NCBI GenBank assembly: GCA_036172245.1
Contig: JAYWIR010000004.1
Location: 5,766,001-5,830,000, forward strand
DNA: 64,000 nucleotides
Origin: Raillietiella orientalis
Taxonomy: Eukaryota
Direction: 5' to 3'
Shown here: positions 27,290 through 40,599 of the stretch, piece after piece
Numbering within the stretch: position 1 is the first letter of the stretch
Layout: every line of letters starts with the position of its first letter
Program-made: the position numbers and the translations under genes
Notes under the pieces: generated by a model
The model's input: only the letters and a program-made list of their open reading frames with translations
What the model was told of the DNA's origin: nothing
Databases searched by the model: none

Positions 27290-28620
27290 ATCCGCAAGAA
27301 TGAGTAGGAATCACATCCCGGCGTCTCTCCTGGCTAACAGGGGAAAAGAAAAATATGGGATTTGGCAGCGACAAGGAACTCCAGTTGTTTACCAGGGTGC
27401 AGTGGAATCCCGAAAGGGCGGTTTCATCTATGGCATGCATTTCCACTTAAACCCTGCAATAACCCTCCTTGGATGCTGTGACCTTCCCTCATGGGTGTGC
27501 GTCCACCGTCGGCATGGAGATGCCCTTATGCTTGCTCCCTGCAACTGGATACCGACTTAGAATCCAAAAGTGACTTCACCCTTGAAACAGTTTGGACAAA
27601 TGCTGGTATTGCAGAAAAGATCTTTCTCTATGCTCATTCACGTTCTGAGGACTCAGTCTCAGCATCCAAACTCGACTGCTGTGGCCTCCGAATTCGAAGG
27701 GTCTCTGGAAAAGGACTGAGAATTTGTCCTGGAATTATCATTGAGAAAGTAAGGGACAAAAGACATCCAACAAGGTGAGAGGTGTCCTGCTGCTCGGCAG
27801 AAACTTCTAGGTGCGTAGATAACTCGGGAGGTCACGGACGCTGTGACCCCGAGTGTCCCACACCATGGACTTCCGCGCTGGGGTGAGCAGCTTGCCGTCC
27901 CTGCAGAGGATAATTGGACCCCAGAGTGCCAAAATAGTGACATCCTCCCTCTCAAGTGGCAGGAGTTAGCACTGCTGGTCCTGCATTGGAGAATCCTATG
28001 CAAAGCTCACCTTCACAAATGGAGTGTGAATGCAGACTGTGACAGGTGCAGGGAGAGAGAAACCCTCCCACACCTGCTTCTAGCCTATGCTGCCCGTTGA
28101 TCCCTTTGTGGTCGCCTCGCGATGACCCTTGGAATCCCGGTGGATAGTCCCGGGGACATTTCGAATCGCCACTTCGTACGTGCCACACTGCCGCCATCCG
28201 CGTCCCTCGCAGTTCTCTGCTGTCTTCGCAGGATCGTGGTCTGGAAGCCATCCGAGGATCGAGAGTCGCCTTGAAGACCACCAAGAAATGGCCTCAATTG
28301 GACAAAATCCGTAGCAATCTTGCCAGCATCCCAGACAGGGTGCAGAGGACGCCTCACAGAGAACTGTGACCCCTTCCTCCATTACCCCCTTTTCCACCCC
28401 GAGAAAAACTTTCCCCTCCTTTTTGTTTGTTTGTTTTTGTTTTCGGTTTTACCTTCTCCTTCTCTGCCGAAGTGGACGTTGAAAATCTCCGTACCAGCAT
28501 CTGGATGGTTGAATGTGTCCTCTTTTTGGTATGAGGTAGAGCCACGTGTTCTACCACAGAAATGTATTTTCATCATTATTTTATATAACAACAAGTGTCC
28601 CGGAAAAATCGGGTAAAACA
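27290..28620 (+). mobile_element. LINE 3' portion, same family as 43309-44263
   Basis: LPLKWQELALLVLHWRILCKAHLHKWSVNADCDRCRERETLPHLLL (CxxC...ETxxHLL finger). DNA similarity to 43309 onward (cctctcaagtg[g/a]caggagtt), shared T-rich tract and terminal hairpin. Left boundary uncertain. Confidence 0.75.
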
Positions 28621-31339
28621 CTATCATTGGGGACAGGATCAAATGACCGTCCCTGACCAGAAACAGACTCCGGTGTTCCGTTCGGGCACCATGAGAGTCG
28701 CTGGAAGAGACCATGGTCGGTGCTATCATGCTATTTGCATTCTTTCCCCTCTTCGCGCTTTTGTAAGCAGCAAAATCGCTCCAGCGGCACACGAGAGGCT
28801 GGGCTGAAGGAACGAACAGAGTCCGAAAACCCGTGGTCGTGGTCCAGCCCAGAGGCCGCTCCGGTCGAAAAAAACAGTGAGGCACCTTCTTGCCGATGCT
28901 GGTTTCGTTGCGAGAGAAGATGAAATGGGGGCGACCGACTTCTGGAATTGTTTCCACGGATCGGACAGCGTACCACACAAAAGACCCTCGTTTGTGGTGC
29001 CGACCTGTTGAGCCCCTGGCTTAAAGTGGATGAAGGTCTCGACTCCTGAACTCAGTGCCTTCAACCAGCTCAGCTCGGTCCTGGGTAGAGATGTTTCCTA
29101 GAGATGCCACCGGATGCACGAATGTTTTCTAAAATGGCGCTCGCAAGCGGATGGCTGGGGTCTTCGATTTAGGAGGTCCCATCTCGGATCGTCTGTTGCT
29201 TTGAATGGGAAGGTCGAAAGAGATGTCTAACTTTCGAGACTCGGGAAGCTCCTAGGTGGCTGGATGATTTCAGGATGACTCTTCCTCTTTTGATCTTCGC
29301 AGCCCAGTTTCTGAAGACGATCTTGCTAGTATTCAGCTTCTCCTTCCAGGGAAAGATCAGCCATCTTCTCATCCTACCTCAGATTATTAATCTCTTTGAT
29401 ATGCACAACCTTCCATCCCCAGTGAACACTGGAATTCGAACACTCAGTGAAGATGTTCATTTCTCTCAGTTCTCTGAGGATTCGCTACGAATTGGATTGT
29501 TCTTTTCATTAAGTGTTCTTAACATCTTAATTTCTTCAAGTACGTCCAACAGTCATTGTCTGCTGTTTCCTGGGAACTCAGCTTCGCTTTATTGGTAACT
29601 TACAGCCCGAGTTACTTTGTTTCACCCCTCGTACTGTCCCATTGTAAATTCATGAAAATCGAATCCCCCCCCCTTCCCTCCCCCGTTTCAAGAGGTCAAA
29701 CAAGGATCTCAGACACTTTAGGCACTTTAAACGGGAGTCTAAAGTGTATGCGATCCTTGTTTTCGATTATTTCAACTCTGATCCACTCGACTTCAGCCAT
29801 TTCTTGACCGGCATTTTTTGATTTCCTGTATAACTTCTTCGCTGTATCACGCATGGTGAGAGTAACCTACAGGAAGCATGAGAAAGCAGCTGCAACGAGA
29901 AGAGCCGTCGCCATAACAAATAACTTTATAGCTCCCTGCGCTTCCCTGTGTAACCATGACCTGCTGTATTTCCTTTTCGTGCATGGAAAGAACTCACTCG
30001 CTCATTCCATCCCAATATATCCCATCTCTAATCGGTGTGCCGTGTGATGCAGCTCACGCAGGTAGCTGCGAAACCGCTCCTCTTGTGCCTCATTAGGTGG
30101 TTTGGAGCATTTTCCCTTCTACATATCCTGCTCTTAACCACCTTTTATAAGTTTAGCTGATGCTGGAGGGGTGTTAAGCTTCTCTAGCAACAACGTGTAT
30201 GTTAATGTCATCAAAGCACGGCATCTAAGAAAAATGCTGAATTCTTACAAAGTGCACAGAAGTTGGTCCCTATGACATGGCCCTAACAGGCCTATGACCA
30301 TGAGTATTTGTCTTCAGCTTTGCCTTTTATCCTGGTTCTAATTCCGTTTTCCCGAATGTTTGCTTTCCTCGATCTGTTGGGATGTCAAGCGGGTGATGCT
30401 ACGGTGGTCTTCCAGGTTTTTGGAATCTAAATACACCATGATGGTTTTGCTTTTTCTCTCATATCGAAGGAATATGCCGGTGGCAACCTTTCTTTCTGAC
30501 TAAGACTAGATTTTCCATCCACCGCCTGAGATCCTTTCTCTCTGTCACTCTTAAGCTACCCTCCTAAAAGCAACCATTATTCCGTTTGTTGATTTGGGCA
30601 ATATTCTCTTAGGATTATGCTTCTTTTTTTTTTTTGATCCCCTTAGATTTTGAAGCTCGAGAAGTTCGTGTTTGTAGCTTAAATGAAGATGTTTCCAGAC
30701 TACCCCAGAAATTTCATTCCACTCAGACATATCATTTTGTTGGCTCACAGCACATTTGTTATGATTCACAACTTTGTCTTCCGGATTTCCTCTATGTTTT
30801 ATGTGAGCTTTCTCTAAGTATTACCTTGAGTCTTCTTGAACAATCCTTCCACGTAGAAGTTCGTGGCTGCTTGTTATTCTTAAGGAAAAAAGAAAAAAAA
30901 ACGAGAACTTTTATGCGGTTGCTCCGTTTCATGGAATCGCTTCACCCTGGATTTGGATTCCTGCTATTTGCGAGGAGATTACGGAAGACTTCGATTCAGC
31001 CACCCTGTTTTGATCACCCACTTTCCCATGCTTTTTGGCATATGCGTATTCGACCTCTTTGCGCATACGATTAACTGAGACATCTCGGACGCAGGTTTCT
31101 TACGCAGTCCTAAGTACACCGTTTCATCCATGCCCGCAAAAACTACCAATTTTCTAAGAAGTGGATTATCATTTCAGCGAGATATTGCAGAGGGCAGAAC
31201 TTGCCTATCACAATGATGCTGAACAAAGAAGTGATGTCGATTTTGGTCTTGGCTTTACGTCACCCGTAGCTATGGGTCCCCTGACTGCTTTAATAGGCCT
31301 CATCGGTTGTACTCTTTCAGATGTTCAAACTGATACAGA

Positions 31340-33480
31340 AATTTAGAATAATTCGCATAACCAACAGTAAGTGAGTGCCTATCGACATCCATTCCAAGAT
31401 CTCACACTGAGGATTAGGGAAGAAGGACGACTTCCCACGTCGTTCCTCCAGAGCAGGATGGAATTGCTGCCTAAAGGAGGAGACCTCATTATCACGCCAA
31501 CCGGTGGAAGAGGTCGATCTCCATCCTGAACATGTATGCAAGGTGGCCGGTCAAGATCTGAACCAATCCGCCTGCAAAGCCACCATGGAGGTTGTGATTT
31601 CTCCTCCAACATAGACATGCGCGGTGTCTGAACGTCGCATGCCTGATAACGTGAAATTGCGCTCGTGCGATCACCGCGTAAAACCAATACGTCGGCCGGG
31701 TTTCACAAGGCATTTGACGCAGTGGATCACGAAATGTTGGTCAGGATTTTAAGAAAGCTGAACCTCTAGAGCCATTTGTTCGAGTGTGTAAGGAACATTT
31801 CCAGGGAAGAACATCTTTAAGATCCGGATCGAAGAAACGGAAGCTATTTGGATGGAAAGGGGTATCGGTCAAGGAGACATCCTCAGTACGATCCTGTCAG
31901 CCATACACATGGAGGCGGCATCGCCCTTTATGAGCAGCGCCGCTGGACGTTTGCATGCGTCTAGAGGCTAAATTACCTGGCTTACTCCGACGATCTTCTC
32001 TTCAAGGACGAGAGGGATCAGAAAGTACTTCTGGAAGCAGTCGACTGCATTAAACAAAAATTTGGCTTGACTATCAACTCCAATAAATCAAAAATCTTGT
32101 CCACTGGTCCCCTGAATATCTTTGCATTATCGGGGCTGGGATTCCGAGCAGTGGACTACATAAAGCACCTGGAGACGCCTCCTCATCGGCAGCAATGTGA
32201 GAAGGAACCCTGGAAGAGACAAGAGAAGAGGCAAGCGAGTGCAGTGGTTCCGACTTCAACATGGAGCAGAGGGTCCACCTACAGAACGGTGTTTTGCTCT
32301 CAAAGACCCTTCTCAAAGCGGCTTTCGGCCAACATGACAAGGTGGTCCAATTGGTAACCGAACACCTTCAGAGAAAACGCTTGTGGAGGTAGTCCAAATA
32401 GAGGTTGAAACTGAGGATTTGTGTCATCACCCCAGAGGTGAAGGCGGGACCGGTATGAAGTCGCTGGGACTCATGGATGGGTGGCAACTCCTGGATTTCA
32501 ACAAAAACTGTGGTCGCTGGCAGTTTGTGGATCACAGAGTCTACTCGGAGCTACAAAATAGCTCTAATGTTCTCACTGATAGGAAGATGACAATGGGGAT
32601 CATCGTAGCATCACCCGCATGACATCGATCCCACCTAGACCAGAAAACAAGCATTCGTGAGGATCTTGCAACTCGAAATAATTCTCCAAAGCAAAGCAAT
32701 TGGGGACAGGGAACTGACCAAGGCAATTCCTTGTTTTCTATCCCTTTCACGGAAGACGGATCAATGGACGCACCAGAGACCAGCAATGGCACTCCAGGAC
32801 TGCGAAGTGAACGCAACCAATGGCAGTCTCTATGAAATGCAGCTGTTCCTCTATATCCAGTCCGTGAGAAGCAATTTACCCACAAGACACGAGAGCTGCA
32901 GCAAAATCAGGCCAATGGAGCACGGAGCAAAATAAGGAGAGAATGTATCGAAAGACGTATACCGAACAAAGAGAAAAGACACGAGGCCGTAACCAAGGCT
33001 GCTAGTCGCTTTGTGATTGCAACAGAAAACTTCGAAGCGACTGGAACTACCGTCTGGAGGACTGACCTGCCACTGGACACTGAGGACGGTCTCCTCATGT
33101 TTTATCACGGAGGAATCCTGAGTGGTCCGAGGCTGCGTCAGTGCACAGAAAACTTTCCAGAAGAGTTCTGCATACCTGAGGAGACAAAGAAACTTAGCCG
33201 CTAATGCTCACCCACCGACTGGAAAGCGGTCAAGGAGGTGACGAACCTGCAGAAGAAAAAACTAGAAGACAGAACTAGAAATGTTAGGTGGATTATTTCA
33301 AGAAGACGGCGATGCTTTTCTATACAATCCCATGGTAAGAACAACCATCACCCTCTCCATCACGGACATTGTAATAAGAAGAGCAAACATGGGAAGAAAA
33401 ACACGGGGACAGTCCTGGAAATCCTGAAAAGGAATGAAAGAAATGCATTAGTAACTCCGGAAAAGTCCCCTCCTGTACAA
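31340..33480 (+). mobile_element. Decayed non-LTR retrotransposon ORF2 (reverse transcriptase to C-terminal region)
   Basis: WKRSISILN (RPISLLN-like), FHKAFDAVDH (31701-31730), GIGQGDILS (31861-31887), AYSDD (31980-31994), FGLTINSNKSKI, then LLMFYHGGIL. Many frameshifts. Confidence 0.9.
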
Positions 33481-36479
33481 ATCGCTAGATTCTGAAAAGA
33501 ATGCAAGCTAATGGGCAAATGAGAGCGAACCTCTGCAGTCTCTAATGAAATCCCAAGGACTCGAAAGCCTGGAAAGTGAGAAAGACAAGTGAAATGAACG
33601 TTGATGGAGCGATTGAATGTTTGGTTTTGTGTTTTTTGTTTGTAAGTAAGTTAAGAAAATCACCCCACCGCTTTGGACCTAGGGAAAATTCTGGATATCT
33701 CCACACAGTGTTGATGGTTTTCGCCGTTCCATCCCCTCATAAGAAGCATTTCATGCCTCAATAAGAGTGCGCTAAGCAGTAGACGGGCAGTTTCGTGTTC
33801 TTGAGCTTGATTTAATGCAGTAGTCCTTTAATGGGTATTGGGTGACTGATAGCAGAAACCAGACCGATTGCATCATAAATAGCCATATCGGATATCATCG
33901 AACAAAAAAAAAAAAACTCGATATTCGGTGAAACCTTTTTATAACCAACTACAGTATCTGCAGTACCACCTGAATCTTTGACAGCCCCAAATATTCCGTG
34001 CCGGGAAACAAGTTGTGTACAGTTTCAGGATAAAGACTTACTCCTGCTCGTGAGGAAGTATTATAATGCATGGCCGGCACGAATCTTTTCTCAAGTAACT
34101 TTTCAAACCATTGGTCCCATGATTCCAGGCTTTGCATGAATGGAGGTTCTCAATAAACAGCCGTGAATAGGCATATGCTTGCAAAAGTCTGGCCATTCAA
34201 GAGTCCAGTGTAAATTCCCTTGCGGTACGGATGCTATGATTTTCGCGTTTCCCCACTTCCCCTGGGTAGGGTCAGTATATGTATCGATAAATTAAAGAAA
34301 TCTATCAGAAAAGATGCAGGTCGCTCTTATTATCATGATCACTGCCATTTGGTCTAACAAATGGATATCTCAAGGTTGTTGTACAGGTCCCTTAGTTTTT
34401 TTCCTGTGCTAGACCGAAATAGTCATGATATAAAACCACTAAAAAAATAATACAACTAATGAAACAGGATCGATAAAGATGCTAAAAAATCTATCAATAA
34501 AAAGTGCTGCCTTTTTTTCTATCATGATCGATAGCTAAATCTAGAGGGTATTCCCATCCATTTGTTCTTGAAGATGTTTTGCACAGAGAAGCTTTGCTAA
34601 ACCTTTATTTCTATCGAGCAGTGGTTGAAAATGCAACTCTACTTCACGTGCAAAATATTGCTATAATTGTAATCTACTTTTCTATACTCACCTTTTTAAT
34701 ATTCACGTTCTCTATATTCACCTGCATTTTTTAAAATCTAAACCACCTATCAACGGATGCGAAACGGATCTTCTAGATTATCCACAGCAGGTAAAGGGCC
34801 ACCTTCTACACTCTGTAATTTTACATCATACTTTCCACAAAGTATGCTACCTTCCATGTCAGGCCAACCCCCGAATTCATTCTTCTCATTGCAGCTGACG
34901 TACCGATTCCACGTAATGCCACGACTTACAAGTGCACCTCCAGCCACACCAAAGTCGTTGTCAACCTCACTCGTGAACCTCAATCTGGCAGACTGCCTCG
35001 CACGAATTCTTTGCAGTGCATCCATAATTGCTGAGCAGTAACTTTGATTCCTTTCTACTGCTCTTAATCTTGACTGGATTATTCGAAAAAAATAGCTTCC
35101 ATTAGTAGCCGCCTGCTCTACATAGAGACTATCAGAATATCAATTCCTATTTAATTGGTGTTCTCTAGCTCTCTCTCTACTACTACTAGCAGTTGCTTTA
35201 TTGGCTTGTCTTAATGCTTTTATTATTCTTAACCAAGAATCTTATTCTAGGTATATCCTCTTTCTAGTCCTAATCTTCCATTTTTTTCTCCATAAGCCAA
35301 GTCTGTTTCAGAGACATTTTGCTTTCCACCAAGCGGCTTGTTTAAAGCTCTAAAGAACTGCATTAAATTAGTTCTGAAGTCGAAGGTTTTCAATTGTGTT
35401 GGCTTCAACGTCATGTGAATCTGCTATTGACTGTCGATTCTGATCTGTGATTCCACACACAGTATTGGAGTTATGCTAACAAAAATGGTAATCGACAATT
35501 ATAGCAAAGATGGTAGAATTGTGTAGCCATTATAATTCTGCATATTGGGCATAAGCTTCAGCTGTGTTCTACTTGGGTATCCGAAGCACGGGGAGATGAA
35601 GCTTTTAACGCGCTTACGCAACCGAGCTCAGCGGAAGCTGCCAACATCCCGTTTGTGCAACTGAGCCAAATGTAGGCAAGATTTTGATAAAACATCGGCG
35701 TTTAAAACAAATCTCATTAATTGCAGTCTGTGCACGATGAAAGAAGCAACTCAGTTACCGACTGGTTCCCAAACGAACCGTTCTCACACTAGCTAGTTTA
35801 GGTTGCTTAAAACGGTTCCATCATTTAGATTCGTAGGAATCCATAGTATCAGGTTATCGTTAATTTGTTTGAGTATGGTAAAGAATTTAGTTTTGGTTAC
35901 ATTTTGTTAGTGGCTGCATCTCCAATAAAATCTGAAAGGCCATCATTCATATGAGTGTGTGCTCGATTGTGGAGCCAGTATGCTAGGGCAAACCCTAAAC
36001 AAGTTGAAAAATTTATGAACTCTCCCGGGCAGACTGTAAATGTTCCGTACTAGAGAAAAGAGACAGTGACTTGGGCAAATCTTCATCTTGACGGGGAGAA
36101 TACCTCTGGCCCAAGAGGCAATTCGGCTGAGCTAAAAGTAAGAAAAACACATACAGGTACAAGGCTGACAGATTAAGTTGTAACTTATGGGAACATTTGT
36201 ATGCCAATTCAAGAAAGACCCAAAGATCAAAATTTTGAATTAAAAGAGTTGGAAATTCGAAAAGCAGGTTGAAGTGTAGGGGCTACTCCAAGCAGTTTAT
36301 CTAAAATGAAGGGGAGATTCACATATCTTCCAAATAGAGGCTTCATTCATACATTGACCACATTCCATCACATTTGCATTCTGCTGGAGATCGAAGATTC
36401 ACTCTTCGTTCGTTCTTAGGAAAGTGGCGGATGCAGAGATAGCAAAAAAGAGAAATATTGGGAAAACATATTTTAGTTT

Positions 36480-37440
36480 TGGTGTCTCACAAACTCCATT
36501 TAAGTGGCTGTTATTGAAAAAGAAAAGTCCAGAAGATGAAGCTGGGGTTTGAAAGTGTTTAATAGATCCTTGATACTTAGGTTCAAATATGATACCGTTT
36601 TTGAGACTTTCGATGAACCCACGTTGTACGAGTTCTCGATTGTCTCGGGTGAGATCGATAAGAATGATTTTCTCACCACTGTAAAGGTGAGCTGCATCTG
36701 CTTTTTTGCAGCTTTGAAGGTATAGGTAGTGGACGCCTCGCTTTAAGTATAGGAACTCAGCGAAGGTGGTGTTTCCTCCTTTGCCTCGCTCGTCCTTAAT
36801 CCAGTAGATGTTTCTGTCATGTGGAAGCTTTCGGAGGATGTCGAGTACTTGGAGCTGCAGATCTTCCACTCTTGTAAGCAAGGTCCTGCCAAATAGCGTT
36901 TGGGTGGTTGGTAGCTCTGTGCAAACGGAAACACTCCTTGATGAAGGTGATGTTCTTGGAATATGGTGTGGTGTTGCAGAATGCTTTTTCTGCTCTGAAT
37001 GAGTTGGAGAATCTAAAAAGAGAGTTTGGAAACAGTGTTTGCAGACGTGTGAATGTGGAACCTCACGAGCGAGTAGTGAGTGATAGAAGAGGATGATAGT
37101 CTTGGACTTACTTTCCTTTCGTAGTTACCGGACGGATCTCCATGTCCAGTGATCCGTGTCCCCATGGTTTGGGATCTTGCTTACTGCAGTAGTCGATGTT
37201 TGACTGCTGATCCTTTTGCCTGCTCGAGATGAGAACGATGAAATGGAATCCTCCGCATCTGCGGCATTGTTCTAGGCTCGTGCAGCTGAACGTATCCTTG
37301 GAGATGAGGAGTACCTATGGCGGAGCATCCTCTTCAGATGATGGCATAAGAAGCATTTTTCTGGACTACTGCTTGATGTCATCGACCTCTCCGTCAGTGC
37401 GTAGTTATTTGTAGTGAAGCACCAGTAGTTGCATGTTGCA
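36480..37440 (-). pseudogene. rep: Endogenous viral element: decayed CRESS-DNA virus Rep (HUH endonuclease + SF3 helicase), nanovirus/alphasatellite-like
   Basis: Motifs in correct order on the minus strand: I WCFTTNN (about 37404-37424), II PHLQGY (37292-37309), III YCSK (37180-37191) then PWGHG, DRNIYWI, Walker A GKGGNTT (about 36765-36785, K to N), Walker B-like ILIDLTR, and IESLKNGIIFEPKY. Frameshifts and stops lie between motifs. Confidence 0.93.
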
Positions 37441-37479
37441 AACCTGCAAACACTGCTACCCTTATCAGAGTTTCAAGTA

Positions 37480-37530
37480 CCAAGGCCAAGGTCACGGGCC
37501 TATTTACCAGATGCCCCGTCACTTTGGCTT
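37480..37530. other. Candidate rolling-circle origin stem-loop of the endogenised CRESS virus
   Basis: Arms GCCAAGGTCACGGGC (37485-37499) and GCCCCGTCACTTTGGC (37513-37528), loop CTATTTACCAGAT, tandem CCAAGG x2 at 37480-37491. Lies about 60 nt upstream of Rep motif I. Confidence 0.55.
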
Positions 37531-39219
37531 ATTATACTGTTCACTTACTTGCAGTACCATTCCAGTGTTACGACGAAAGTTCACAGATATGCAACCTGCA
37601 TGCCCTATGCGTTTGCGTGTGGCGGATGTGAAAGTGCTGAGTAAGGGTTAAGGAGACGAATGTGTGGGATAATGATTTAATTAATGAGTGGAAAGGAAGA
37701 GGAAGAAGAGAAGGGGGGATCAACAGTGTATATATTGTTGTAACAGAAGTGGTTGAGATTAGTGCTCTCTGTTATTGCCTGAAGCGCATCGAGACCGGAA
37801 GAATGGCTGAATGTGTGTTCAATGTTTGCAAGCAAAATTTCTTGGATCCCGGTGCTAGGCAGTGTGATGGCACCCCCTTCCTGGACACTCTCTTTTCGTT
37901 TTCTGTTTCCATTTAAATCAACAGTATGAAGAAAAATTTCCGTACTTAGCTTTCAAAGAAAAAAAAAAAAGACTTTACTTGCGACTATAGGAACCTGTTG
38001 CACTGCAGCAGGATGAGAGACGGTACGCACATCGAGATAAGAGTAATTTGTACTAAGAAGAAAGATGTCATACAAGTAGCTTGGCACAGCTGCACGAACG
38101 CTAGTTCGAAAGCAGATTATCGATGGCACAATAAAACCCCTTTCTCAACAGAGAAATCCGGGTGTGAAGATTTAATAAGATAAATTTAGCAAGTGCAATA
38201 TGCTCTATCATAAAAGAGCCTATTGGTGTTGAAGTTGTTGCGGATTACCACGAAGATATGCTTAGAGAAGACCTTAAGTTAGAGAAAATCGCTAGTAATA
38301 TCTTAGTAAAATTGCCTCTTACACATGAAGGGACAGTTTATTGTAAAAAATTGTGTACAGATCATAAAATATTTCTTAACGTAACGTTATGCTTACTGCC
38401 TGCCTCAAAAGATAGTTTTGTTTCATCCTCTGCTGGTCACCTAGGTTACGATGACTTGTAGCTAATAAAAAGTGCATGCATTTTCCATTAGTGAGAAGCC
38501 CAAAGCATGTGATAGAAGCTGCAAGGCTTGGTACTGATCGAATTACTGTATCAGAAACGAATCATCCACTTATTGACTAGGGATTTGCAATATATGAAAA
38601 AGACTGAGCTGCGAAAGAGTGAACGGTCACAGGAATTTGCTACGTAAAAAAAAAAGGCAAAGTAAACCCACAACAGCGTTATTTTACGATCTGGTGTCAA
38701 AAACTAATGAGCCAATTGGTTCTTGGACTTGAAAATGAAAGTCAAGTGTCAGGAGCTACTACTCCATGCTGTTATGGCCAATATGGAAAACCTCTTCACC
38801 CGTGAAACTGGCGATCTGTCACCGCGGCCATACCTGCAACAGGCTATAAGTGCAAGTAGCTACTCAGCAGCTAGTGTACTATGGTGTACAACTTTTTGAG
38901 ATTTAGAAAAAATGCGACACGTGTGTGACAGGAACACATATGCACTTCGCTGAAGAGGCACTGCACTTTTTGTACTGAATTTTCACTGCTCCAAGGTGAA
39001 TTGAACAATTAATGGATCAGACTTTCCCATATGAGCCTCTGTTTACCATCTCAGTCAAAAGGTGGAAGACATTTTGAACAGTGGCAATTAAATTCTTGAT
39101 TTCGTGACGAGAGAGAGATATCGTTGAAATGTTGTCACTAATGCAGGCTACGGAATGCCTGAACCTAACCGTCCAACCCTTAGCAGCATGGTAGATATAA
39201 AAATAAATTTACACTTATA

Positions 39220-39900
39220 GCGTCAGAAAAATTGGATGTTCAAGAGGAAAATCACAAATGGAGCGAGCGACTGTCGAACATTATGGTCATCCACGGGAGG
39301 CAAGTTCTCGCCTACAAAAGATCTTTGGAGGAGAGGATAATCCAAAGGACCCGGGAACTTTGGCAGGAATTGGGCGCGCAATGGTCTAGGATGAATCTTC
39401 AGATGAAGAACATCAAGATCCCGAAAGAGGTGACTCCATTTGAAGCGATGGGAAAGATGAAGTGCAGGCTGGGCAACCTCGTCCTCGCTCCACAGGCGAT
39501 CGAGACATTCCTCTGGAGATCTTCCCTGCCGTCGGGCATCCAGGATTGCCTCCTGATGTTCTACCACGGAGGCATCCTGTGCGACACGAGGCTTCAGCAC
39601 TGGACCGGGAACTCGACGCGTGAGGGTCGATAGAGGACGACCTGCACATCTACACCTGCCGAACCCTCGTCCGAGATCGGAGAGTGGTGAGGCGGGAGGT
39701 AGAGATGGAGGAGGACACACCGACGCTGGAGTTCCTGCGAGGAAAGGCACAGATGTCGTGCTCCGTTACAACCCCACCATGCGGACGATCACCACCATCT
39801 TCCTGAGGAGTATCCTCATTATAAAACGAAACGGACGCAAGGACACGTGTGCAATTTCCGGGATATTTTATTAAAACTCCTGAAAAAGGAGATAAACATC
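39220..39900 (+). mobile_element. 5'-truncated copy of the same LINE family (ORF2 C-terminal part)
   Basis: WRSSLPSGIQDCLLMFYHGGILCDTRLQHWTGN matches WRTDLPLDTEDGLLMFYHGGILSGPRLRQCTEN at about 33050-33150; downstream DNA is also similar. Confidence 0.75.
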
Positions 39901-40599
39901 CGGGCGTGCGGAAGAGTTCCATCGTGGACCCTCCTGCATTGCCTGAGAATATCCAGCTGCATTTCCAGGACGGCGTAGTTTCCCACCCGCGCAGGCCGCC
40001 ATGGTGATTGGTTGTTTGGTCTGGTGCATGCGTCTGTAGTGTGGATGATTTTTTGAATAAATTCACCCCACCGCGGGCCGCATTGGGGAAACGAGGCGAA
40101 TCTTCAGCTGATAGGACCATGGGACTTTCTAGAGTTGCAAAGAAAATTTATGCGAAAGGGAAGAATTCTTTCCCTTATCAAAGAAAAGAATTTCATTGTG
40201 CGTCTGAGACTGGAAACGAATTAGAATCATTTGAAAGTGATGGAAAGATAAAACTGGTACTCCCATTTTGATTTTCGCGCCAAACTTTCCCATTGAGGTG
40301 ATCCATGGCATCCATCTGACCTCAAAGGCAAGCTTCATCTCAAAAGGCGCGAAAGCAACTCATTCGGAAAACAGAGAAAAAGGAAAAGAATCATCGAATA
40401 AGGAATCTTTGAAATTTGCTCGTCGAAAGCATTTCCTTCCCTCCACTTTCCATTCCAATGCACCAAGGCTGGAAGAATGGCGGATATTTGTTAGAATGGG
40501 TAGCGTGGGTACTTGGGAAATCTTTGCTCTGGAAATTCTTGAGGCGTTCTGTATCTGAACCAAGATATGGAACAAGCATCTGACCTCTACTAATGGCTC

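Noticed and set aside
37563..37571. CAGTGTTAC as the CRESS nonanucleotide
   Set aside because: It resembles a nonamer variant but has no flanking stem; the 37485-37528 hairpin is the better candidate.
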